Source: Bigelowiella natans CCMP2755 (Eukaryota; Protista; Cercozoa). Taken from it: 64,000 nucleotides of DNA. Shown one piece after another: positions 1 to 11,662 of this stretch. A program made the position numbers and the translations under genes. Numbering within the stretch: the stretch's first letter is position 1; every line of letters begins with the position of its first letter. The stretch spans positions 62,001-126,000 of the forward strand of contig ADNK01002621.1 of the NCBI GenBank assembly GCA_000320545.1, in the 5' to 3' direction. The notes beneath the pieces were generated by a model, which was not told the origin of the DNA, did not search any database, and saw only the letters and a program-made list of their open reading frames with translations.

Positions 1-6
1 TTACAG

Positions 7-957
7 AATATTAAGAGGCAATTCAACACACAAATAGAGCCGTTGACTGACACCACCACCAGCTCTCTTATGGAACTTTCTAAAAGTCTGCTAGAAAGCC
101 TCGGAGAAGAGACGGATGAGAAACAACTGGAGACTATGCAGAAAGTACGTCTTGAAGCAGCTCGAAGAACATCGCAGGAACAGGCAAAACTTCGACGACG
201 GAATCATTGCCACGGCAATGGTGACCGAAGCGAGAACGTTATTATATCAGAGAAAACGAGGACGCTGTTACGAAAAATGATGATGAAGAAATTCGATTCA
301 TCATCATCGTCACCAGCAGCAGCAGCAGCAGCAGCACTGCCCTCATCATCATCGTCGTCATCTAAGGGAGATCAATGGGGGGGGGCAGCAGGACAACGGG
401 TCAACAAAGCATCATCGTCATCATCACCACCACCACCACCGTCAGCACGATTGTCACAAGAAAGAAATCATCGGCGGGGCGGAGGACAACCAGAAGCCTA
501 TAATGCATTGTTTCCAGAGGTAGCAGCCACCGCCGCAGTAGCAGAAAGTCATACTCATGAACAGCTACCATCGTACCCATCGCTGGTGTCGTATGCGAAA
601 GGGAATGGTAATAATTATGACAACAAAAATAGTCACCACCACCAGCCCTATCATAGCCATGAAGATCAATTTCATCACTACCATCCATCGATTCCATTTC
701 ATCTCTTGGAACGCTACCGAAGGCAAACAGCCACGGTAGGACGACATCTTAATCGCCATGCTGATTATCAGCAGCATAACCTTCATCATGAGCCCCAACA
801 ACCACTTCAGCATGAGACATTCAATCCTTCTATCATCGATGACCCGGTACTTTCAATGCTGGCGAACGATGAAAGCCCTAGTTTTGCTAGGGACCTTTGG
901 ACGAATGCACTTAATGCCGCCGCAGACTATAGAAAAGGTCGTAATCTTCGACAATGA
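7..957 (+). CDS. Terminal exon of a gene starting before the window; low-complexity Ser/His/Ala-rich protein of unknown function
   Basis: Acceptor-like ttacag at 1-6 is followed by an open frame (NIKRQFNTQIEPL...) continuous with ORF 43..957 and ending in TGA. No recognisable domain. Confidence 0.6.
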   Translation, partial: NIKRQFNTQIEPLTDTTTSSLMELSKSLLESLGEETDEKQLETMQKVRLEAARRTSQEQAKLRRRNHCHGNGDRSENVIISEKTRTLLRKMMMKKFDSSSSSPAAAAAAALPSSSSSSSKGDQWGGAAGQRVNKASSSSSPPPPPSARLSQERNHRRGGGQPEAYNALFPEVAATAAVAESHTHEQLPSYPSLVSYAKGNGNNYDNKNSHHHQPYHSHEDQFHHYHPSIPFHLLERYRRQTATVGRHLNRHADYQQHNLHHEPQQPLQHETFNPSIIDDPVLSMLANDESPSFARDLWTNALNAAADYRKGRNLRQ

Positions 958-1954
958 AACTTATCTTAAGATGCTGATCAAGCTAATGGTTTTTGAGATG
1001 TTGCTGCTTGTGTAGTGCGTTGTCTTTTGCCATCCATAAAACCATTGGCGTAGCCATGCAGTTTTACATGAGGAGGGGGAGGAGGGCCTGGGGTGTCCCA
1101 GCCCTACTATTCTGCTATTGGCAGCCAAAAATACCACCACCGTTTTCAAGTTTTCTGAAAGTTTGAGCATACTAAATCGCCCCTAGCAAGGTTTAGATAC
1201 TGAATTGTCAGAACGAATGAAAATTGGAGAGCAAGCTGCCATTGTATGCAGCTCTTTTGGATATGTAAGTAAGGCGTGGGGATTTCGGTGGATTTTACTT
1301 CATCACACGGCAAGTGTTGTCAGCAAGCTCGCGCATGGCCACTTGGGACCTGCCTTGCTAGCTTGTGCATGTGACGCATGCAATACTTCCGCATAGGCGC
1401 GCATTGGAGCTGTTGGAAAAGTGTAAATATTTCATTACATCCGTCTGTAGGTCTCCTAGTCGCGCATTGCGGTTTTCAAGTTTCACCTTTATTGAAGCGA
1501 TCATGCACTTTCATAAAGTATGTCAAATGCAGGATCACGTCTCGCTGTGTGATGGCTAGATGGTACATGCCATTGCTGCTTATGCTCTTACACATTTGCA
1601 ATCAAGTCACATTTATTGTCCGTGATGCACCAATACAATGTGGCTGCGAATAAATGATCGACGCTCGCCGAGTCAGCAATTTTGCGTTGTGCGTAGTGCT
1701 GCGGCATTATGATTCTATGACACGTCCTCGCTCAGGCTCTGTGTCTATAATCGCAAATTGATCGCAAGGTGCAGGTATATGGCGTGCAAAATGAAATTTG
1801 ATGTGCCTGTGCCATGCAGCATGTGCTGCACCCAAACCTCGTGCACACCGAAAGAGAGTTGTGAATGTGCAAGATGGCCGATTGTTTCCGCTTTTCCTGC
1901 AAGAACCACTTTCTCCATTCCAGCTAGTGTAACTTGTGTATGCATCGTTGCCCC

Positions 1955-2426
1955 TTAGTGTGGTTTCTTGCGTCCTCCACCGTTTTGAAATCTCCCGCTG
2001 GAACTTGCTCCTCCGCCTCTTCCTCCCTCATTCAAATACTGATCATTACGTTCGGTAGTATTGCCCTTGCTACTTGCTCTGAAACGTGTACGCAACGGTT
2101 CCAACGTTTGTGAGGTGGTCCAGTTCTCAAAGCCAGGAAACAATGAATTTGAGAAGGTGGAAAATAGTTGAGCTGCCGCGTAAGCATCAGTTGCCGCGTA
2201 GTTTAACTGAGGACACAAAAAGGTGATTGGTAGGTCAATAGTATAGTAGCAGTAGCTCACAAATCGAAGAATAGAGAAACAGAGTACAACCACGTAGTAA
2301 TTGAGAAGAGGAAAATAATAAGAATACACCTGGCTTTGCTTCAGAGACTTCCGATCCCAAGATTGACGGCGTCGAGATTTTGCAAGCCGGAAACGCAAAA
2401 AGAACGCTACGAAAAAAGTTATTATG

Positions 2427-2461
<35 letters not shown>

Positions 2462-3890
2462 TATGACTATTCTCATCACTCCGCATCAGGCAGCACAAAT
2501 ACACCGACCTACTAACATAGCCAATGAATTCGTTTCCAGTTTAAAAGGGGCAACAATGCGGCGGAGGTCTAGAATGCCTTTTGCGCTTACCTGAATCATC
2601 AATACCATATCAGATACGTGAGTAAATATTTTGCCGCTACTGCGTTTCCTGATCATTCGAGTTATTACGAGAGATGATGCGATAATTCCTGTCAGTTTTC
2701 TTTCAACCCTCTCAATTTTCGCTCACGGTTTTTCTTATCGTATGTTGTAATTGGTGTTACTACTTACTGATTGAAAGTGCCAGCGTTGCAGTAGTTCCAC
2801 GTCCTTCTCAATCCCAACACCGACTTTTATGACGTTCTCATTTTCTGTCATCGAAGAAATCAACCTCACCCTCCATGCTCGTAATCGTGATTATTGTATT
2901 ATTTTATATTCACTTCAAAGCAGGTCACTACACATTCATACTACTTTTGCACGACGACGAATATTCATGTACAGTGCAGAGGGATGGATGCACCAGCACA
3001 CAGCACTCTTATAACATACTTTTTATGGTACTTCTTTCCCCCTTGTCATCATCGTCCGTGTGCAGTCATTCACCACATTGTACGTAAAAACACGTACATG
3101 AGAAAAGAAATAATACCCAAAATGGTTTGAATTCTATGCCTAATGGAGGGGCTCATTTGAAGTAACTGGAACACTGCAGCTCGCTCACAAGTTGCAAGCT
3201 GCATAAATACAGAAGAGACGATGATCGATGAAGTGATTCAAATTGTCGTCGGTGGAAGCATGATTACTCATCATCACCTGGAGAATGGCAGGGGGCTGAG
3301 AGTGGCGAGACGAATTCCAGCTGTGAGCAGTCTCTATGTCAAACCCTATATGCGTAACCGATTATGAAGACAATTGCAACGGTAAATAATGTGAAGGAAA
3401 GGAAGTAGTAGTCATGCAGCAGACCAGGTGATGACTATTATCATCATCATCACCATCATCATCATCATCCTCATCATCTGCACACCTACCTAGAACCGGT
3501 GCTTCTTCTAGCCATGAGAGGTCTAATCGCTTCTCTGTGCGATTGTTCACCACAACCACCTCACCCGAAAATTGCATCTGAAAAGGAGGAGGAGGACAAT
3601 GCTCTGTTTGAATTTCGAGATGGAGTTGTACAAGATAGAGGTACTGCTGATTCGCATGTAAGGTAGAACATCCTACTACCAAAGGCATTGATATGAATGC
3701 CGTGTAGTTTGAAACTTGATCCCTCCTTACGCCAGCCCATACACCACTTGCATTCACATATCTTGGAAATCCCTCTGGGTATGAGTATGGAGGCGACGGC
3801 GGCGACGGCGACGAAGATGATGATTGTGGTGTTAAACCACTGACGATATATGACAACGACAAGGCAACGACAGAAGACACCTCAGGGCTG
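1955..3890 (-). CDS. DEDDy 3'-5' exonuclease, WRN-exo/EXD2-like (multi-exon; 5' end uncertain, possibly ATG at 3965)
   Basis: Stitched exons give FSGEVVVV..EEAPVLG|FDIET (ExoI), PAILQ|LATCERAAVFQL, NVIKVGVGIEKDVELL (ExoII), ILDLRR..SLAMLV and LAKSRRRQSWDRKSLKQSQ|LNYAATDAY (ExoIII). Introns are GT-AG, e.g. 2207-2329. Confidence 0.88.
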
Positions 3891-3924
3891 CTAATTCAAT
3901 CAAACTGACAGTTTAAAAACTTGC

Positions 3925-4675
3925 ATGCTAGTGATTTTCCACCGCTCATTTTTCGACACAGACATCATCACGAAAACAGCCCCCCCCCCCCCCCCCATCA
4001 CACATGCACAAATCCAGGCGTCGCAGTGGCTCGCTCTGGTGAACCAAAATCCCGAGATTAGAAGCATATTCTCTTCCAAAATCGAGTTTCGAGTGACGTG
4101 TTTTAGGCTGGGCCACCACTTCTTCCGCAGGTGGATTACGATTGACGATCATGATGATCATGAATCATTATTACTTACGTTTTATTATTGTAGTGCTGAG
4201 ATGGCGGGCAGCTTAGGAGCGGGTATAGCAAAGCGATTCGGATGGAAAGTAGTTGCAGTAGTAGTAGTAGTAGTAGCGGTAGTAATGGTAGAGTATTATT
4301 ACGTTGAATTACAATCTCTGGTCACTTCTTCTTCCTAATTCTAATTTCTATACGCACCATTGCTCATTGATTGATTCATTGATTGTTCGTTGTTGCATCC
4401 TCCCCCCCTCTAGGTTAATTTGACATATCCAAAGCTAGAGGTACGGTGCGCGTTTCTCCTCATAGTAGTAGTTGTAGCGTGATAATAATAATAATAAATA
4501 GTAGGAGAAGTTTCTGATTCGTTGTGGCAACATGATGATTAATTATAATGATGATGATACGGTTATGCTCTTCCCGCCATTATCACCGAATCATGCGGCG
4601 ATGAGAATATGAATTATGCTTAAAAAGAACAACATTGAACAAGGTACATCTGTGCTACAGAGGAGCATTATAATT

Positions 4676-4706
<31 letters not shown>

Positions 4707-5236
4707 TCATCACTATTGTTATCTTATTCATCAATACGTAGGTTTACCTGCACGTTTCCGACACAGACGTGATATCAGGAATAAGGTAGTCAATGGTGTT
4801 GTGAGAGTGAAACAACAATATAACATCATCATCATCATCATCATCATCACTTATCGCATTGTTGGTACTCGTCCTTGTGAAATTCATGTACAATAAAGTG
4901 ATGCTTGATCGAGTTGTAATAGCTGTGTATCTTAGGATCACTCCCTTCAGAACAGCTGCCAAAAGCGCGGAGACTGCTCACGGCGACGATTCAAAAGACG
5001 AAATCACTGCTGCTGCTGCTGCTACTACTGCTACTACTATTAACAACAGTAGTAGCATCACCAAATTAACCAAAAATAAGGAATCGAGCAAGAATAAACA
5101 AATAAAGGTTATCTATGTTGTCCATATTACTTCGTCACTATTGAAAGCGCGGTGATGGTGAGAGGAAATTCATGTTAACCCCATCACCATCATCATCATC
5201 ATCACCATCATCACCATCATCACCATCATCACCATC

Positions 5237-5284
<48 letters not shown>

Positions 5285-6344
5285 TATGTTGCTGATATTG
5301 ACTACGAATATTTAGTACGCAAAACGCAAAGGCAAGCACAAGGACCGTGGAACCCATTTCGCGAAAATGAAAACCGTATGTGTGTGCTGTTTGTCAATAA
5401 CTCTCATATGAATATGTGCATCCGGTCTTCTTCTTCTTCTTCTTCTTCTTCTTCTTCTTCATCTTCTTCGCACTTCAATACCTGTATTCTTGCTGTTATC
5501 GTTAATTACAGGTAGCGCTGCAATCAGCCATAGCGTATGGACTCACAAAGATTCCGTTGCTGTATCTTACACCTAATATCACAATTCATTCTATATCATC
5601 ATCGTCGTCATCGGTGGCGTCACTACCAGAAAAGGAATCAAAATCGAGTTATCATCGTCAGTGTCGGCGTCTTGTGCAGCGACAAGCAAAGGGAGAAACT
5701 ATTGATTCTATTGCTAATACAGCTATTCTTCCTCCCCCCCCTGCATTTGATGTGGGGGGTGCTGCATCTTCAGGATCACTACGACGTGTAACAGCAAAAG
5801 CAGCTACTACATTATGTTCATCAACATCCCTACTACTGTCTTCCTCATCCTCCTCCTCCTCCTCACCTTCATTCACGCTTGCCATCGACCCATTCGCAGG
5901 TAGTAGCATGCAGCACTGATGAAGCAGAGAATGGCAGCAGCAGCAGCAGCAGGAGAAATCATGATATCAATTAGTACCGTGAATAATACTCGTCCTTGCT
6001 TCGTATTGCATCATCATCATATATCAAGGTACGGGGGCAATCGGTTTGTTTCACGCCCTAGGGTCCCTCCGCAATAAGGAAAGCACGCAGTCAAAGAGGG
6101 GGGGGGGGGATGGGCGCCAACGCATCGATCGAAGAGAAGACCAAAAAGAGAAATCCAAGGAAGGAAAAATCAACGATGACGACGCCAATGATGATGCTTT
6201 CGGAGGACCACATCATCGGTCTCAAAAACTACAGTATTATCACTATTCCTTCCACCACTTCCACGATGATGAGAATGGCGTGGCCGATAATGATGAGGGC
6301 TCTCATGGCGATAGCAAGGCTATAATAAATACCCCCCCTAGTGA

Positions 6345-6377
<33 letters not shown>

Positions 6378-6472
6378 CAGTGGTAGTAGCTTGCTTTCGT
6401 TGCGAAAAAGATTGTGGGGATCAGCTGTGTATTTCATTCTCGGTGATGCTGATGAAGATGCAGTTACAGCGG

Positions 6473-6504
<32 letters not shown>

Positions 6505-6512
6505 GCGCCTAG

Positions 6513-6546
<34 letters not shown>

Positions 6547-7775
6547 ACACCTACTGATCGGATCTTATGATAGCCTTCTTGCTGCTAAGACAGACTACCT
6601 CCTTTACTTTATTTTATAAACAGTGCGGACTGAATTGTCGCAAATCGTATGGCCGCTGTGACACCCTCAACTGGGACGCAAGGAGGTTGTAAAATGGGTT
6701 TATTTTTGCGCACGTGTAGTAATGATTCCGCAATCAGCGTCATCGACATTCATTCTATCGTCGCCTCGTTCTTCCTCTTCCTCATCATCATTGCATTGTT
6801 CACTATTTGAAAACTACTCTTACTGCCATTCAAGGCACCCCAACAACCCGGCAAAATGGAAAATGTCCTGATATTATTCATGCTGCAACAATTGCTATTA
6901 TTAAATTGTTAGGCTCCCCGTTCGGTCTGGAGTGTGCGATGTTATTGTAATGCAATTAATATTTGTTTAGGTTATTGTAATGCAATTAATATTTGATATC
7001 TTTGCAAAAATATTATATTGATCTTTATTTAGGATCTGTTACACCATATTATGTTACTTTTCTACGTGATGCAATGTTACTTCGCATAGCACAGCAAGAT
7101 AGCCCAGAGAATGCATTTGACGAGACTTTCCACACATCAAATCCTCCTACTACATTTAGATTACGGATGCTCCATTTGGTCATCGCTGTGGCAGCAAAAA
7201 AGCTATAAGAAAACTGTATGTGATTGTGACTATAACTATAATGATGATGAGGATGATGGTTATGATGATGCAATTGGCGATGATGAAAGTAATGAAAAGC
7301 CATCTTCTCTCAGTTGAATGGCAGAAATACTAGTGAAACTGAAATTCATAATTGCTTCTATCTTCATTTGTTATAACATGTAAGTGGTCTGAACTCGGAA
7401 CATTAGCATCTTTCATTTTGGTATATGAAGATAAACATGAGAGCCATTGCTATTGTACATAATTACAGCTATCCACGAGCGATTGCAGAGTGCCTAAGGT
7501 TGCTGCGTAAAGGCGGAATCATGGTATTTTTAAGTGTTGATGAGGAGACAAACCTGGTTGATGCCAGCCTTAGGTACAGCAATGCTAGAAGTTTGTAGTA
7601 GTCGCAGCAGTAATGAACGCCATCTTTAACTCCTATGATTGGTGTTTATACGTTGATCTTTGTGTTCATATTTCGTGATGGTTTCCGCAGATCTTCGGCT
7701 GCTTGGAAAATGTTGGACAAGATTCTGATCTACATGGGTTTTGTGTGCATCGCCACCGTGGCTCAGAAGCGGTAG
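3925..7775 (+). CDS. THUMP-domain class I SAM-dependent RNA methyltransferase (THUMPD2/3-like); 5' end uncertain
   Basis: Exons encode FRVTCFRLGHHFFR|SAEMAGSLGAGIAKRFGWK|VNLTYPKLE (THUMP), ALQSAIAYGL, IDPFAG|YGAIG (SAM motif I), ILGDAD, WDAR|LPVRSGVCDVI|ITDAPFGHRCGSKK and YPRAIAECLRLLRKGG. Stop TAG at 7773-7775. Confidence 0.85.
5182..5284. repeat. (CAT/CAC)n intronic microsatellite
   Basis: About 100 bp trinucleotide run inside a THUMP-gene intron. Confidence 0.95.
6941..6995 (+). repeat. 25-bp direct repeat spanning an exon/intron boundary
   Basis: GTTATTGTAATGCAATTAATATTTG at 6941-6965 and 6971-6995, separated by TTTAG. Confidence 0.95.
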
Positions 7776-8932
7776 CAAGCATGTTGGTGACATCTAACTC
7801 TTGTTGACCGACGAAAAGCTGGTTGTACAGATAATCATCGCGTCACTTCTAAAATGTGCCTTTTAGATCTTACCGATGAATCGAATATTGATCTTGTGGA
7901 CAAAAAAACATTAATGGCGGTTTTATGTCGTACGTACTTGTAATCGCAAAATGATTCCATTGATCCAGACACACAGAAGATTTACATAAACTTCACTTGT
8001 TGTAATCTGCCATGTGGCGATGCACAAGAACGCATGCTAGCATGCCAGCTTGATGCCAGTCTGAAACATCTAGACATGCGTGTCAACATTAATGATGTCT
8101 GTTCGATCGTCAGAAAGTGTGGCTGCATTCCACACATGAGAGTGAAATACCGGCAGCGTCATTTACAGTAGTGTGCATGCAAAAAAGGCAGCGCAATGTG
8201 TGTTGTGCTGCACACTGCGCTGAATCGGAACAGCACCATATTGATTGAGTCACTAGGCATCCCGAAACAGCTGCATGCATGCGTAATGTATATCTCACTC
8301 TCGCCCCCTTTTGTGTTCATGACTGCTTAGTCATAGTCAATCATGCATGTTGTGTATCGTAATCGAGCCGTACGCACGCCTATAATTTAATTGTATGCAT
8401 ACTAACCGCGCACGCATGTACCAATTGGCCGTGGCTGTGCCTGTGGCTTCACTGTAATCTTCGGATTGTATGAATTTTGTACTTCTAGTACTTGAAATAC
8501 TTCTAAACGTAAATTTAACACGACATGTATGTGTCAATATTTAAATGAGAGCCATCAAGCAAAGATTGTACTTTCTTTTAGAAACATATTCACGTTGTCG
8601 GATAGAGTACTTTATAAAGCTAATTGATTGTATTTTGAAAAATATATCATGCTAGTTTGAAAGAAAAGCGAAAAGAATTGTGAACAACCACTAAGAAAGC
8701 TGCGGTCCGCAAGTGTAACCCTTACCATCCTTGAAATATTGATTCAGAGACAATATTACCACATTCGAGCTGATAGTCCAATTATTTACATCCCCTTTTT
8801 TTTAATTTGATACTATTTTTCGCAGCTGAATAGCTGTTTTGCGGAGTCATACTTCTTTGATTTTGTATGTATGTTACAAAAATGATGAAGTTTTATGATA
8901 CAGATATTATTCTTTAGGACTATTTTTTGAAT

Positions 8933-10259
8933 CTATACTCCAGAAGATAACTCAGGCATAGATAGTGGTGATGACATGGCAGCCATCCTGTTTTTGCGCG
9001 TCAGTGGTGGTGGTGGTGTTTGTGCGGTTGATTTTTGAAAGTTGCAAGAAGTTTTTGAGTAGTTTCCTGTCGTCATCATCGGTGAAGTAGTCCCATCATT
9101 TCGTATCACTATTTCTGTTGATGATCTTCTTCTTCTTTCTCGCTCCGTTTGTAGGGAACGAAGTAGTCTTTTCCGAGGTCCAATTTTAGGAATGAATTCC
9201 TTCAGTTCCACCTCTGTCACAGCGCCATACAGAAGATCTTCTACGAAAATACCTTCATTCACCAAGTTGCTCATGATAAGATCTCTGTCACTCAAAAGCC
9301 GTGCTTTGATCAAAGTCTCCTCCAATGCCATTTTGGCATGTAACTCTCTCTCTTTTGTATACACCTGAGGAAAAGGGGAAAAGTACATTCCGGCAATCTT
9401 GCTTCATTTTATAACAAAATGAACTTGATGACGTTGTGATGATGATGAGGATGATGATGGTTGTGAATGATATGATATAGCAATACTCACAGACAAAACA
9501 CATGAAGTGGAGGACCAATCGATATTCCTGTAAAGCATCGCTCATCCTCTTCGCCACCATCTCGACGTGCTGATTCATTTCAAAAAAAGTCACGGGGATA
9601 ATACTCAATAATATGTAGAAGAAAACCAAATAAAAGATGCCAACTCGGTAAAAGTCAATTTTCAGTGCATCAAGTGATTATTCTTTAGTTGCACAACACC
9701 TCTGGATACATGCTAATGCCAGAATCAATGTCCTTAAATTCTTCCAATACTCCATTGGCCAGCTTTTGGATAACAGAAGATAGAAATGTGAGGATTACAA
9801 ATCGATAGTGAGGTTTGACGTTATTATTCTAGGCCAACTAGCCAGACCTTTGTATAGCTGTCTTCTTTGAAGTCAAAATCGAACGAAATCTCCTAGATAT
9901 CAGATACACGATTTTCACATCACAACTCATACCTTCTTGGCTATTGATCAACCTTTTTGAGACCATTCTCTTCCAAAGTGACTTCGACGTTAACCACTGA
10001 GGATCCATGCGAGGTTTTGGAGACCTTGTTGGTAACGATAAATATATGAATTGTCGCAAATGATCAACTTCAGTACAACCTTAAGATCTACTATTGAGAA
10101 ATTTCCGAGTCGATCTATTGGATGCTGCTCTTGTTTGTATAAGGTACTCATACTAGGGAATGAGGATTCAATAGACTTGATAGTTTGCATTGATTCCAAG
10201 ACTCTTCCACTTGCCCTTGAATCTGGAATGTTCAACATCGGAGTCATTCTTAATCCCAT
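8933..10259 (-). CDS. Protein with a WNK/OSR1 CCT-like segment and a SAM (sterile alpha motif) domain; both ends uncertain
   Basis: Stitched exons VNVEVTLEENGLKK|EISFDFDFKEDSYTK|LANGVLEEF..|HVEMVAKRM resemble the CCT/PF2-like module. LVNEGIFVEDLLYGAVTEVELKEFIPKIGPRKRLLRSL fits the SAM consensus. Confidence 0.6.
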
Positions 10260-11662
10260 ATTATGGTTTAATTGCGACTTTCGACATTGGAACCTGTGCT
10301 ACAATCACTCGAGCGTCTTGACGCAGTTTCGAACGAGCTTAGAGACAGGGAACCAAAACTCTGTATTTTGGTCGAAGAATGAGTCTTCCTTCTCCCTAGA
10401 TAACGCTGGTTTTGTATGTGAGAAGTTTTCTCCTCCTGGGATTCTTGATCGTTGAAATTCATGCCCGAGCAAAAAACAATCTATCTTTCAATTCTTGTTA
10501 CTTTGAAACTGCGAGATCGACTGTGCTAATATTTTTCGTCAAGCTTTAAGGGAAAACTGTGGATACTCGCTGGTTTCCTACTCGTTCCTCTTTAACCTTA
10601 TGTTGTCGGAAACAAAACTAACGTGATTTTAAAGGTCGTAGAGGTTAGAATTACTTTCATTTTATCATTTCAATGAATCAAAAGTGATTTCGGATAGGGT
10701 TATTTTCAAGTGTCTGTGCCAATGCTACTACTGTGGAAGAAGCGGGATAAATAGGCTGCGCCCATTCTGAACTAAACACCCGCAATATACATGTAGCCAC
10801 ATCTTTCACCAATAGATGTTACCACAACACAAGGACGTACTTTCGATTGTTCTATCCCGTAGGTAACTATTGGTCCCAGAAAATGTTCAAACTGACGCAA
10901 GGGGGGGAGAAACCTGTGTGGTGTATTCAATGACGACAAGCTTTTAACCAAATATCGTGAGGAAGTGTAGGGGTTTTACGCATATTTTTTATTTGCAGGA
11001 GATAACAAGCGCAAAGCTTGTGGTTTGTCCTAGAATTGCAATTTCCTAGAATTTCACCCAAAATCAGCCAACTGTACAAATTCCAGCTCTAGAAATTGAC
11101 AGGCGATTTTTCGGTAAAATTGGTTGCAAAGTGGTACCCCGTTAATCCTCCAGCAACAGCTGGTGTGAACTCCAATATCAGACCACAACTGCCCCGATTA
11201 AAATCAGTCCGTCACGTTTGTCGCAGCAGGTCAAATTAGTTTGTCTTCTTCTCTGATGTTGGCTATTACGAACCTTTTCTTGGAAAATGGCAAGCGTTAC
11301 GTGAGATTTGGATGTCTTGCCGAACTTTTATTTGTTGTTTTTGGATGTGCGACAAAATAAAAGTGACACCTCACCGAGACCTTACCTCTCTTCTTCCACA
11401 CTATCGATCTGCCTGCCACCATCATTCTTCGAGAGCTCGTCATTCACAAGTGGACGCATTGACGACACCGTGCTGTCCGTGTCAACGGTACGTAGTGCGA
11501 AGAAACGTGCTCTGTTTGCTTACGTACATGGATGTACACACGAGATGTTACCACTTTGTCAACCAACAAAAGAGGAACGTACAAAAAGAGGCTACGAAAA
11601 ACAATGACAACGGATGTGAGCTCATGTCTTTACCAATTTTTTCCGATGCAGTGCATGGACTG

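Noticed and set aside
10260-10462. Frameshift or pseudogene between ORFs 10268..10462 and 9990..10259
   Set aside because: Acceptor-like AGs lie just upstream of the second ORF, so splicing or a start at 10259 explains the offset.
11312-11623. Long N-terminal extension of the prenylcysteine oxidase ORF
   Set aside because: The signal-like segment and homology begin after ATG 11624/11663; the upstream open frame is probably 5' UTR or promoter.
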